DNA of 32,000 bases from positions 1-32,000 of the forward strand of contig WBXG01000001.1 of the NCBI GenBank assembly GCA_008932965.1, given 5' to 3'. The notes below the pieces were generated by a model, which was given only the letters and a program-made list of their open reading frames with translations, was not told the DNA's origin and did no database searches. Below are positions 9,751 to 18,900 of this stretch, piece by piece (the first letter of the stretch is position 1; every line of letters starts with the position of its first letter). This DNA comes from Verrucomicrobiota bacterium. GTDB taxonomy: Bacteria; Verrucomicrobiota; Verrucomicrobiia; Chthoniobacterales; UBA6821. Made by a program: the position numbers and the translations under genes.

Positions 9751-11214
9751 CTACTCCTTCTCTTGGAGTCTCATTGTAAGCCTTCCTCCAAGACCCTCAA
9801 AGGAACCGTTGCTAAAAATCACCACCACATCTCCAGGTTGTAATTCTCTCTCTAATTTCAAAATGATTTTATCAACGGAGGGTTCATAAAAAGCCTCTTT
9901 ACCCATGGCAACGAGTTGGTTAACAAGGGTGGTGGGATTGAGGCGCTCCTGTTCCTCAAGCAAGGAAGCCCGAGCCACGGCTCCAATCATAATTCCATCA
10001 GCATCACCAAAAGCATGAGGAAGCATTTCTTGAAAAAAAGCACGACGGGAGGTATTGCTTCGCGGTTCAAAAAGAGCCCACAGCTGGGCCTTACCATAGC
10101 GAGTACGGAGGCCCGCTAAAGTTTCACGAATGGCCGTGGGATGATGGCCAAAATCATCGATAATGGTAATTCCATGGCTAGTGGTAAGGATCTCCTGGCG
10201 TCGCTTCACTCCCTCAAAGGACAATAAAGCCTGCTGAATGGTGGGAAGTGGAATATTATAAAAATGAGCAGCAGACACAGCCATTGCTGCATTACGAATA
10301 TTATGCTCGCCCATCATAGCTATTTCAAAGGAGGTATCAAAAAGCTCAAATCCAGATCGCCCCTCCTTTTGGAAGGGATGCAGAATACGATTTCCTGCAT
10401 TTTCAGAGAAACCAACCTCCACAATTGGCGCTGGAGCACGTTGGCCTAATTGATAACAGTGAACATCATCCCCATTGAGCAAAATCATTCCCTCAGAGGG
10501 GACAAGCTGCAGCAATCGGTGAAAGCTCCGCTTAATTTCTTCTAAGTTAGAAAAAATATCAGCATGATCAAATTCAATATTGTTGATGATGACTAGTTCG
10601 GGTAGGTAGTGCACAAATTTAGAACGCTTGTCAAAAAAGGCTGTATCATACTCATCCCCCTCTAAAATAACATGCCGCGACTCATCGGGATCACGAAAGC
10701 AGGCCCCTTGGCCTAGATTTTTAGGAATACCACCAATCAAGTAGGAGGGTTTTTTTTGAGCATACTCAAAAATCCATGTCAGCATCGAGGAGGTCGTTGT
10801 TTTTCCATGAGTGCCGGTGACAACGAGATTATGTCTTCCTTGCAAGAAGTGTGTTCGGAGTAATTCTGGAAGAGAGGTATAAAGTAGTTTTCTATTCAGT
10901 ACTTCTTCTACCTCTGGATTTCCCCGTGAGAGGGCATTCCCAATAACAATGAGAGCTTCATCCTTGGGAAGGTTCTCTGAAGAATATCCAAGTGATATTG
11001 GGATTCCTTGAGCTGCGAGAAAATCAGAGAGAGGAGGATACGGCTTCTCATCAGAACCAGTAACATGCCATCCGTGTTGTTTCATAGCAGCAGCCACGGC
11101 TCCCATAGCGGTGCCACAGATGCCAATGAAATGAATCGCTTTTGAGTGTGTGCTGCCCGGGTGATTTGATTTCATACCATAGTGAGATGTTACTTGTGAT
11201 AATGAAACCGTCAT
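9751..11214 (-). CDS. mpl: UDP-N-acetylmuramate:L-alanyl-gamma-D-glutamyl-meso-diaminopimelate ligase (murein peptide ligase)
   Basis: Mur-ligase fold. IHFIGICGTAMGAVAA is the Mpl-type N-terminus rather than the MurC GIGGxGM type. The ATP-binding motif is GTHGKTTT. An alternative start exists at 11175. Confidence 0.85.
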   Translation of the reverse strand: MTVSLSQVTSHYGMKSNHPGSTHSKAIHFIGICGTAMGAVAAAMKQHGWHVTGSDEKPYPPLSDFLAAQGIPISLGYSSENLPKDEALIVIGNALSRGNPEVEEVLNRKLLYTSLPELLRTHFLQGRHNLVVTGTHGKTTTSSMLTWIFEYAQKKPSYLIGGIPKNLGQGACFRDPDESRHVILEGDEYDTAFFDKRSKFVHYLPELVIINNIEFDHADIFSNLEEIKRSFHRLLQLVPSEGMILLNGDDVHCYQLGQRAPAPIVEVGFSENAGNRILHPFQKEGRSGFELFDTSFEIAMMGEHNIRNAAMAVSAAHFYNIPLPTIQQALLSFEGVKRRQEILTTSHGITIIDDFGHHPTAIRETLAGLRTRYGKAQLWALFEPRSNTSRRAFFQEMLPHAFGDADGIMIGAVARASLLEEQERLNPTTLVNQLVAMGKEAFYEPSVDKIILKLERELQPGDVVVIFSNGSFEGLGGRLTMRLQEKE

Positions 11215-11225
11215 TGAAGAACAAT

Positions 11226-11259
11226 GATCATTTCATTTTTTATGAAATATCCGGGTTAA
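11226..11259 (+). repeat. Degenerate right-end fragment of the MITE family
   Basis: tatgaaatatccggg followed by TTAA (11241-11259) is identical or near-identical to the right termini of the full copies. It lies between the mpl start and the stop of the SPFH gene (11262-11264). Confidence 0.6.
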
Positions 11260-11261
11260 AT

Positions 11262-12029
11262 TTATTTCTCGGAATCTTTTTTTAGTAGCCTGAAGGCTTC
11301 CTCCACTGTCGACATAAATTGAGCTGGAAAAATAATAGTCGAATTTTTTTCAGTAGCAATTTCAGCCATCGTCTGAAGTGTGCGCAGTTGAAGAGCTACA
11401 GGATGTGCCGAGATGACATCAGCTGCTTCTCCTAGTTTTGTAGCTGCTTGATATTCCCCTTCTGCTGCCACAATTTTAGCACGGCGTTCACGCTCTGCTT
11501 CTGCCTCCTTAGCCATCGCACGCTGCATGTTTTCTGGTAATGTAATGTCTTTGATTTCTACCGCGGTAACACACGTGCCCCATGGTTCTGTGTGAGTATC
11601 AATTACCGTCTTAATTTGCTCATTAATATTGGCTGTCTCAGCAAGGAGCTGATCAAGCGAAAATCGACCAACGACATTACGCACCGTTGTCTGGCTGATC
11701 TGATTGATCGCACTGTAAACATTTTCAATGACAATAACTGCTTTCTCTGGATCCGAAATTTTGTAATAGGCAACAGCAGCAATATCAATGGATACGTTAT
11801 CCTTCGTGATGATTTTTTGTGAAGGAATCTGCATGGTGACCGTTCGTAAGGAGACTCGAGTTATCGTTTGTAAGGGCCAAAAGAGAACGCTACAGCCTGC
11901 AGAACGAACACCAGTAAACTTACCAAGAAAAAAAACAACACCTCGCTCATACTGCTTGAGGATAATAATGGAGTTGAAAACGTAAAAAACAACGATAGCT
12001 ACGATGGGTAGTAATAAAAACATTATCAA
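11262..12029 (-). CDS. SPFH/band-7 (stomatin-like, slipin) membrane protein
   Basis: 255 aa with an N-terminal TM helix, then the typical SPFH core ([16 protein letters not shown] ... [18 protein letters not shown]) and a C-terminal AEAERE coiled segment. Confidence 0.9.
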   Translation of the reverse strand: MIMFLLLPIVAIVVFYVFNSIIILKQYERGVVFFLGKFTGVRSAGCSVLFWPLQTITRVSLRTVTMQIPSQKIITKDNVSIDIAAVAYYKISDPEKAVIVIENVYSAINQISQTTVRNVVGRFSLDQLLAETANINEQIKTVIDTHTEPWGTCVTAVEIKDITLPENMQRAMAKEAEAERERRAKIVAAEGEYQAATKLGEAADVISAHPVALQLRTLQTMAEIATEKNSTIIFPAQFMSTVEEAFRLLKKDSEK

Positions 12030-12081
12030 AAAATGTAAATCTTTGAATCTTGGTGTCGAGTTTTATATACAAATACGCAAG

Positions 12082-12259
12082 CCTGAGTATTTATACCAAT
12101 CACCTGTGAAGACCGGGAAGCCGCATCAATACTGCGCCCAAGCTCAAAGGCTTTCTCGGGCAGTGTGTACACAATGCCAACGTCAGACTTCATCGCTCGC
12201 CATGCCCCATCACCCTTCGCTGCCTCCTCGTCACGATCAGTATGAATTATGCGGGTTAA
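12082..12259 (+). mobile_element. MITE-like TIR element, copy B (body 12082-12255, right flank TTAA)
   Basis: It aligns over its full length with the copy at 20013-20188 (for example gtcagacttcatcRctcgcc, ccttcgctgcctcctcgtcRcgatcagtatgaa). The left terminus is degenerate. The right TTAA contains the stop codon of the downstream CysJ-like gene. Confidence 0.8.
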
Positions 12260-13404
12260 TAAACATCCTTTCTATAACGTTTTTCTTTTTTCATGGCTTC
12301 CACATAAGTGAGTGCCTCCTCAGGAGACTTCCCTCCTGCGAGTTCAATCGTTTTTTGTAAGGCTTGCTCCACATCCTTTGCCATACGGGAAGCATCACCA
12401 CAGACATAAAAATAGGCTCCTTCTTCTAACCAACTATAGAGCTCCTTGGCTTCCTCAAGCATTCGATGTTGGACGTAGATCTTTTGCTCTTGATCACGAG
12501 AAAAAGCAGTATGAAAAAGATGCAATGTTCCCTCTTGGTGCATCGTTTCCAATTCCTCTTGGTAGAGAAAATCCGTTTTGGCCCGTTGATCTCCAAAAAA
12601 TAGCCAATGTTTTCCAGGAGCTCCAATTGCTCTGCGTTCTTGTAAGAAAGCACGAAAAGGAGCGATTCCAGTTCCAGGGCCAACCATGATGACATGTCGG
12701 TTTGGGTCCTCAGGGAGTCTGAAATGTTTTGCGCTGTGAATAAAAACAGAAACAGGAATTTCTTGAGTCACACGATGAGCCAAGAAGGTAGAGCAGACAC
12801 CCAAGCGCTGACGTCCTAGGCTTTCATATTGGACGGTGGCCACGGTTAGATGAATTTCCTCTGGATAAACTTTGGGTGAAGAGGCAATCGAATAGAGGCG
12901 TGGTTGCAGCTTGCGCAAAAGCTTTACAAATTCTTCAGGGGTAAAGTGCACTTGAGGATGTTCTAAAAGTGGATCAATAACTTCACGCCCCCAAAGATAT
13001 TTTTCAAAATGTTCTTTTGCTTCAGGGGTACTAAACATCGTAAAGTGAGAGGCTGCGGCATCTTTTTCTGCAATAGCAGCAAGAAACTGCTTTGAAGGCT
13101 CGGTAATTGCATAATGGCGCAGGAGGGTATCTCGAATAGGTCTTATCTCTCCATTAGGATCAGGGACGAGCTCTTCACCGCTAAAGCCTAATCTCTCAAG
13201 AATCTCCTGAACAAGAAGTGGGTCATTCTGAGGAAAAACACCGAGTGAATCACCCACTTCGTAGATCAAACCGGAGCCAGCAATGGAAACTTCGTAATGA
13301 CGTGTCTCTTTTGCTGAGTCCTCTTTGGTGAGCCGACGGTTGGTTCGAAGCAACGAGGGGAAGGGATTTTTGCGAGAGTAAGGAGAAGTGATAAGAGAAG
13401 ACAT
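12256..13404 (-). CDS. Sulfite reductase flavoprotein-like FAD/NADPH oxidoreductase (CysJ C-terminal FNR module, no flavodoxin domain)
   Basis: 382 aa with motifs RLYSIASS (FAD), GPGTGIAPFRAF (NADPH), YFYVCGD, and the C-terminal RYRKDVY typical of the CysJ/CPR family. Confidence 0.85.
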   Translation of the reverse strand: MSSLITSPYSRKNPFPSLLRTNRRLTKEDSAKETRHYEVSIAGSGLIYEVGDSLGVFPQNDPLLVQEILERLGFSGEELVPDPNGEIRPIRDTLLRHYAITEPSKQFLAAIAEKDAAASHFTMFSTPEAKEHFEKYLWGREVIDPLLEHPQVHFTPEEFVKLLRKLQPRLYSIASSPKVYPEEIHLTVATVQYESLGRQRLGVCSTFLAHRVTQEIPVSVFIHSAKHFRLPEDPNRHVIMVGPGTGIAPFRAFLQERRAIGAPGKHWLFFGDQRAKTDFLYQEELETMHQEGTLHLFHTAFSRDQEQKIYVQHRMLEEAKELYSWLEEGAYFYVCGDASRMAKDVEQALQKTIELAGGKSPEEALTYVEAMKKEKRYRKDVY

Positions 13405-13687
13405 TCGGTAATTCTAGAACAAAAAAGAAGCACTGAAAAGGGGAAGCTCTCCCTTTTATTATTGATTTCATATCATTTTTTTAGCCTTGAGCCCAGATAT
13501 TAGAGAATATCTTAAAGCGGAGACTGAAAAAGCTGCTCATGAAGCTGAACATCAGCTTAGGCGACTTAAAAAAAGTTTTCTGAGATTTCTTTGTGATAGT
13601 TTTGCTTTTCTAAGTTGAATTGGAGAAATTTTTACTAGTTCTTTGTGGTACGAGCTGCTTTTATCGTTCGATTCAATAAATACTGTT

Positions 13688-14842
13688 ATGAAACACATTT
13701 TTTTGTCTCTTTGTCTCTTTGTAATTTTCGGCATACAAAGTCACCTCCTCTTGGCTGCAGAGGCTCCTACCATTACAGTGCGAAAGAGTGACACGCTTAA
13801 TGTGGCCATTTCTGGAATGAGTGGGGTAAATGGAGCGGCTTTTTCAAAAATACTTACCAATGATTTGAATTTAGCCGGTTGGTTTTCCCTCCAGCCTGTG
13901 GAGAAAGCCTCTTTTGTAATAAGTGGTGTTGCTTCAAATGGCCTGCTGCAGGGGAAAGTTGTCGATCGGGCTGGTTCGGTTGTTCTCTCCAAAAGTTATT
14001 CTGGAGATTCCCGTACTGCCACTCATCAATTTTGTAATGATATTGTTGAGACACTTACGGGTCATCCTGGCATAGCGCTCAGTAAAATTGCTTTTGTGAG
14101 CACGCGCACCGGACGCAAGGAAATTTATGTGGCCGATTATGATGGTTCCAATGGACGTCAAATCACTCATGATAATGCGATTAGTGTCTCTCCTTCGCTT
14201 AGTCCCAATGGAGGTCGTCTTGCCTACACTGGCTATCAAAGTGGTTATGCCGATATCTATCTCATCGATCTTGCTACGGGAGCACGCCTCCGGTTAGTAA
14301 AATTTCCAGGAACAAACTCTGGTCCACGTTTTTCTCCCGATGGAAATCGGTTAGTTTGTACTTTGAGTAAAGATGGTAATCCCGGTTTGTATATTGTTGG
14401 TATTAGTGGAGGTGCTCAACGCCTCACTCGCACAAGTGGTGCAGAGTCATGTGGTACCTGGGGCCCCCATGGAGCTGAAATCATTTACTCTTCTGATTTG
14501 AGTGGGGCTCCACAGCTCTACCGTATTAGTTCTTCAGGAGGACCAACCCACCTTATTTCAACAGGATTTGGCTATGCAACTGAGCCAAATTGGTCCCCTA
14601 ATGGAGAGCGTGTCGCCTTCAATGTTCGCAGTGGTGGTGCATTTGCTGTAGCGGTTCTAGATCTCAAATCAGGCACCACCCGCATTGTTGCTCAAGGGGA
14701 AAATCCAGTTTGGGGTCCTGATTCACAGCATCTTCTTTTTAGCACCAAGGACTCATTAGTGCTTTTTGATGTTCAGCATGGAAAGGGAACACCGATTGTA
14801 AATGGGTTGGTGCAGGTCACGGAACCTTCATGGTCGAGGTAA
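13688..14842 (+). CDS. tolB: TolB-like periplasmic beta-propeller protein
   Basis: Signal peptide MKHIFLSLCLFVIFGIQSHLLLA. Repeated PD40 motifs: SPSLSPNGGRLAY, RFSPDGNRLVC, PNWSPNGERVAF, VWGPDSQHLLF. The track start at 13643 is a TTG; the ATG at 13688 fits the signal peptide. Confidence 0.85.
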   Translation: MKHIFLSLCLFVIFGIQSHLLLAAEAPTITVRKSDTLNVAISGMSGVNGAAFSKILTNDLNLAGWFSLQPVEKASFVISGVASNGLLQGKVVDRAGSVVLSKSYSGDSRTATHQFCNDIVETLTGHPGIALSKIAFVSTRTGRKEIYVADYDGSNGRQITHDNAISVSPSLSPNGGRLAYTGYQSGYADIYLIDLATGARLRLVKFPGTNSGPRFSPDGNRLVCTLSKDGNPGLYIVGISGGAQRLTRTSGAESCGTWGPHGAEIIYSSDLSGAPQLYRISSSGGPTHLISTGFGYATEPNWSPNGERVAFNVRSGGAFAVAVLDLKSGTTRIVAQGENPVWGPDSQHLLFSTKDSLVLFDVQHGKGTPIVNGLVQVTEPSWSR

Positions 14843-14854
14843 AGTAGGGTCAAG

Positions 14855-15986
14855 AATAGGGGTCAGGCTTCAAAATTCAAATATTGACGTTGTTTCAATA
14901 ATTAGTAAATTCTGATTCATGCCAAGAAGCATTCGCATTGAATATGAAGGTGCCTATTACCATGTGATGGCAAGAGGGAATCGAAAAGCTGCTATTTTTA
15001 TTGATGATGATGACCGGCGTTATTTTTTACGCACGTTGGGAGAAGTGTGCAAGATGACAGGATGGAAAGTGCATGCTTGGGTTTTAATGGGAAATCATTA
15101 CCACCTTTTTATTCAAACCCCCGAAGCCAATCTAGTCGAAGGGATGAAGTGGTTTCAAAATACCTACACGAGGAGATTTAATGTTAGGCATAAAGCGTGG
15201 GGGCGTCTTTTTGGAGATCGTTACAAAGCTATTTTAGTGGAAGGTTCAAATTCGTATTATTATGAAATTCTTCTGGATTATATTCACTTGAATCCGATAC
15301 GGGCTGGTTTAGTAAAGTTAGAAAAGCAACAGAGCATATTAGATTATCCTTGGAGTAGTTTAGCGGCGGCTTATGCATTATTGCCAAGCAAACGAGAAGA
15401 GTGGATGGCATGTGCAGATGGTTTAAAAATATTTGATCTCTCCGACACTATTGCAGGACGTCGAAAAATGGTGAGCCGTCTTGACCGAAGGGCCATCGAG
15501 CTAGAGGCTGACCGGTGTGGTATTCCATTGAGAGCAGTTGAGCTGGATAAACGATGTAGTCATCTCAGCAGAGGTTGGTATTGGGGGACGCAGGCATTTT
15601 CAAAAAAAGTCTTTTCAATGATGGAAGATGTTTTCAATAAAAAAAGATCGCGAGTTTACCATTCTTCAGCTGCACATAAAGCGCACAATCTTCAACAAGC
15701 AGAGTCATGGCTGAAAGAAGCTCTAACTAAAGCGAACCTCACTCAAAAAGATTTACTAAAACTAAATGGATCCGATCCAAGAAAGGTTTTCATTGCGCTT
15801 TTTTTAAGAGGCAAGACAACTGTTGGAAATGAGTGGATAGCAGAACATCTCGAGATGAAGAGTGGTGCTAACGTAAGTTATCGATTGCACAATAGTGACA
15901 CTAAAAAATTAAAAAAAGAGTTATCGAGAGAACTGCTGGATTATGTAAAAGCGCAAGGATTTGAAATTTGAAGCCTGACCCCTATT
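14855..15986 (+). mobile_element. REP-associated-type Y1 (HUH) transposase unit bounded by 28-bp inverted repeats
   Basis: IR-L at 14855-14882 is aataggggtcaggcttcaaaattcaaat. The reverse complement of IR-R at 15959-15986 is aataggggtcaggcttcaaatttcaaat, giving 27/28 identity. The two repeats bracket the single transposase ORF. Confidence 0.7.
14919..15971 (+). CDS. IS200/RAYT-like Y1 HUH transposase fused to a DnaA-C-like helix-turn-helix domain
   Basis: 350 aa. HUH motif in GNHYHLF (H60-Y61-H62) and catalytic-Tyr motif YIHLNPIRAGLV (Y121). The C-terminal segment DPRKVFIALFLRGKTTVGNEWIAEHLEMKSGANVSY follows the DnaA domain IV pattern. Confidence 0.8.
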   Translation: MPRSIRIEYEGAYYHVMARGNRKAAIFIDDDDRRYFLRTLGEVCKMTGWKVHAWVLMGNHYHLFIQTPEANLVEGMKWFQNTYTRRFNVRHKAWGRLFGDRYKAILVEGSNSYYYEILLDYIHLNPIRAGLVKLEKQQSILDYPWSSLAAAYALLPSKREEWMACADGLKIFDLSDTIAGRRKMVSRLDRRAIELEADRCGIPLRAVELDKRCSHLSRGWYWGTQAFSKKVFSMMEDVFNKKRSRVYHSSAAHKAHNLQQAESWLKEALTKANLTQKDLLKLNGSDPRKVFIALFLRGKTTVGNEWIAEHLEMKSGANVSYRLHNSDTKKLKKELSRELLDYVKAQGFEI

Positions 15987-15997
15987 TCTTAAAAAAA

Positions 15998-18900
15998 ATG
16001 AAAACCAAGATTCTCTTTTTAATTTTTTCTTTTTTTAGTGTTGTAAATAGTTTTTGCCAAGAAAAACGACCTGGCGAAGAAGGTATCATCACTATTCAAA
16101 AGCAGTGTGAATTTTTGAATGAGGTCGCAGCAAGTGACATTCATCATTTATATGAATCAGAAGAGAGTTCCATCAAGCGTTCTGGGAGTCCTGGAAGGTA
16201 TCAGTATGAAGTTGTAGGCGAGATATGCAATGATGGTATGCAAAGGCTTGATTGGATTGATGCAGCACGTTATTGCAATTGGAAATTCAATAATAGTTTT
16301 CAAAAAGAGCCTGCCTTCAATGATGCTTTGATGACAGAATCGGGTATTTATTTATTGGAGGAGGATCAATTAGTAAGCGCAGATAATAACGCGCCTTTTT
16401 TTGTTTTTTTTTCAAATGCCCCTACTATCGATCCCTTGCTTCGATCCAATCAGGTGACAGCTGTCTGTGTTAAGAAGGAAAATGACGCTCATCAAGCTAG
16501 TGGAGCTGCTGTTGCAGGCGCTTTCATGGAAGGACTTGGAGAAGAACTTTTAGCAGGGACTCTTTTTGTGGCAGCAGTAGTAGGAACAGGAAGTGCCGTA
16601 GTAGGAGAAAGTAGAGAACTCAAAACACGATATGATTTTACTTTGGAAGGATGTCGCGTGGCGGTTCAAGACCATCCCACAGGAAAGCGTTTTATTGTTC
16701 AGGAAGATAAAACTCAAAAGAAAATTCTTTGTGTTACCGAAGAGTCTGCTGTAGGTGATCCTAGAGCTAATAGCGAAAATAAAAATACGACTCAACTAAT
16801 AAGAAGACTTTTAAAAACAGAATATCTCGATGAAGAGGTAGAAAAAATTATGCCTCAGCAGGATAAAAAAAATAAAGAATATCCTGCGGTGAGTAGCGAA
16901 TTACTTATTAAAGCTTCTAAATTGCCGCGTAAAGTCGTTGGAGCTTCTTCAAAAAGTGATGAGGAGGTTTTTGGTCCTCATAAAGAACGCATCCGAGAAT
17001 TACAACTTCATCTTGTTAATGCGCAACTAACCACCGCTTATGCTACAGCACTATCTAAAAAAATCGAAGAGGATGATGGCAGGTGGTTGTCTGATAAAAT
17101 TGACCAACGCTATTTTTTAGTTGTGCGTTATCGCGCTGCTCATGCCAAAATGGAGGAGATTATCAAAGTTGCCACTGCTCGTATTCGTCAATGTGAGAAA
17201 AAGACAATGAATCTTAAGGGACCGCTTGATGGGGATATAACAATTTTAGAACGATTTTTTCCCGGGTATGAAATTTTTTCAAAAGAGATTGAAGCTGCTA
17301 ATCAGGCTCACGAAAAACTAAACGAGGCGATTAAAAAGAATGATGCGAATATCGACGATGCTGCAAAAGCATCACAAGGCTATTGGCAGAAGATTTTAAT
17401 AAAAACGAAAGAGGCTCAAAAAATGCTTTCAGAGACTCAAAAACCGTTTTTAGAAGAGTTAAAACATTTCCGTGAGACGTATCGTTTGTATCAAGAAGAG
17501 TATCAAGAATTGTTACGACAATTATCTGAGCAAACTAAAATTGTTGATGCTTCATGGCAGAAGGCTTTTGTTACCGCAGAAAATCTCGTTTCTGGCGTTT
17601 TAGGAAATGATGGTATTGCTGCACTGAAAGCTGCCAAAGAGACTTTTTATGGAGATGAAACAAAAGGAATTCAGTCCGTAAAAAAAGCGAAAGCTTCTTT
17701 TGAAGAAGCTGAAAAAGCTGCGGCTAGTTGCTTTGAAAATGGAACAACTTATTTCTTTCAAGAGGAACATCAACGTTCTGCATCTCTTGGAAAGATGGAG
17801 GAGATATGGATTCAAAGAATCAAAAAATATGATGGACTCATACAAGAGAAGAAAAATTTAAAAAAACAACTTCATGAAGCCAATGATTCATTAAGTGAAG
17901 AAGAGAAAGAAAAAATTCACGAAATAATTATGAGCCTCGATGTTAGACGTAGAGCAGAATCTAATGAAGTTGAGGCGCTCCGTCGAGCTGTTGAGGCAGT
18001 AAAAACGCTTCATCAAGCGGAAGCTATTTTAACGGAAGCAACGAAAATGGAATGGAGGTCTACTGCTGCTGAGCCAAGTAATACCTTAGGGAGCGATAGT
18101 CTCTATGATGCTTTTGTGCATAAAAAAAACAGCTCTCTCAAGATACGTAAAGCAGCTCTTTATTCTGAAAAAGAGCTGAGAGGTCAGGTTGATTCGATCT
18201 ATAAAGCGTATAATGGCGTGGGTACATTTTTATCTCAGCCTTCTTTTTCGGCAGGCTCTGTATCTCAATTAAAAAATTTGATGGTTCAGCTAAAAAATTC
18301 TTGGACGGAAGCTAACAAGCAAGTTGCTGTGAGTCGACGAGCATGGAATAAGGCTGCGAAAGCTGTTGAGGAAGCACGTGAGAGTAAGGTGACTTGGGCC
18401 AAGAATATTTTACGATTAGCGAGCACAGGCACACACAATTTTTCTCTTGGGAAAGCGACTAAAAAAGATGGAGAGCTCTTAGGTGCATTATGGGTCGGGC
18501 GTGATGTTTTGGAATCTGAAAAAGAGAGTCCTGCAACAAAGAGCGCCGGTAGTGCTGCTGCTGACTTTTCTCGTGATGAGGAAGAGAAGGGTAAGGGCGT
18601 AATGAGTTGCGACGGATTGAAACGATTTCGACCCTTAGATTACAAGGCCGACTTTAAAAAATATCAGATGAATTTTGAGCAACGTTCGGCTCCTCACAAA
18701 AAGTGGAATGGAGAAGAACAAGATGGAAGTATTACGTGGGGAAATGGACATCTCACGATTATCAATCCTCACGATGAAGATGCTGGAGTGCATGTTCTCT
18801 CTTTGCGTTTTGTGCCATTGAAGGGAGCACAATTAGATGAGGGGATTTATGATGAAAAAGAAATGCAACTCAAAGCAGAAATGCGAGAGTTGGATCATCA

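Noticed and set aside
12004-12360. 118-aa plus-strand ORF.
   Set aside because: It spans MITE copy B and then runs antisense to the 3' end of the CysJ-like gene. No start context or recognisable protein features.
13436-13457. Hairpin aaaagggg-aagct-ctcccttttatt resembling a rho-independent terminator.
   Set aside because: It sits in a divergent promoter region (cysJ-like start at 13404, tolB start at 13688) where no transcript should end. The stem is short, with a mismatch or wobble pair.
13643-13687. TTG-initiated 15-codon extension of tolB.
   Set aside because: The ATG at 13688 places the signal peptide at the N-terminus, and the extension is hydrophobically irrelevant.
14855-15986. The Y1/HUH transposase as the mobiliser of the 176-bp MITE family.
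   Set aside because: Its flanking repeats share no sequence with the MITE termini. HUH/Y1 enzymes act on hairpins without making TIR-plus-4-bp duplications, and the YTAR duplications point to a DDE (IS5-like) enzyme instead.
15968-15997. TTG start at 15968 for the giant ORF, overlapping the transposase stop.
   Set aside because: The 10 extra codons lie inside IR-R. The ATG at 15998 yields a canonical signal peptide at the very N-terminus.
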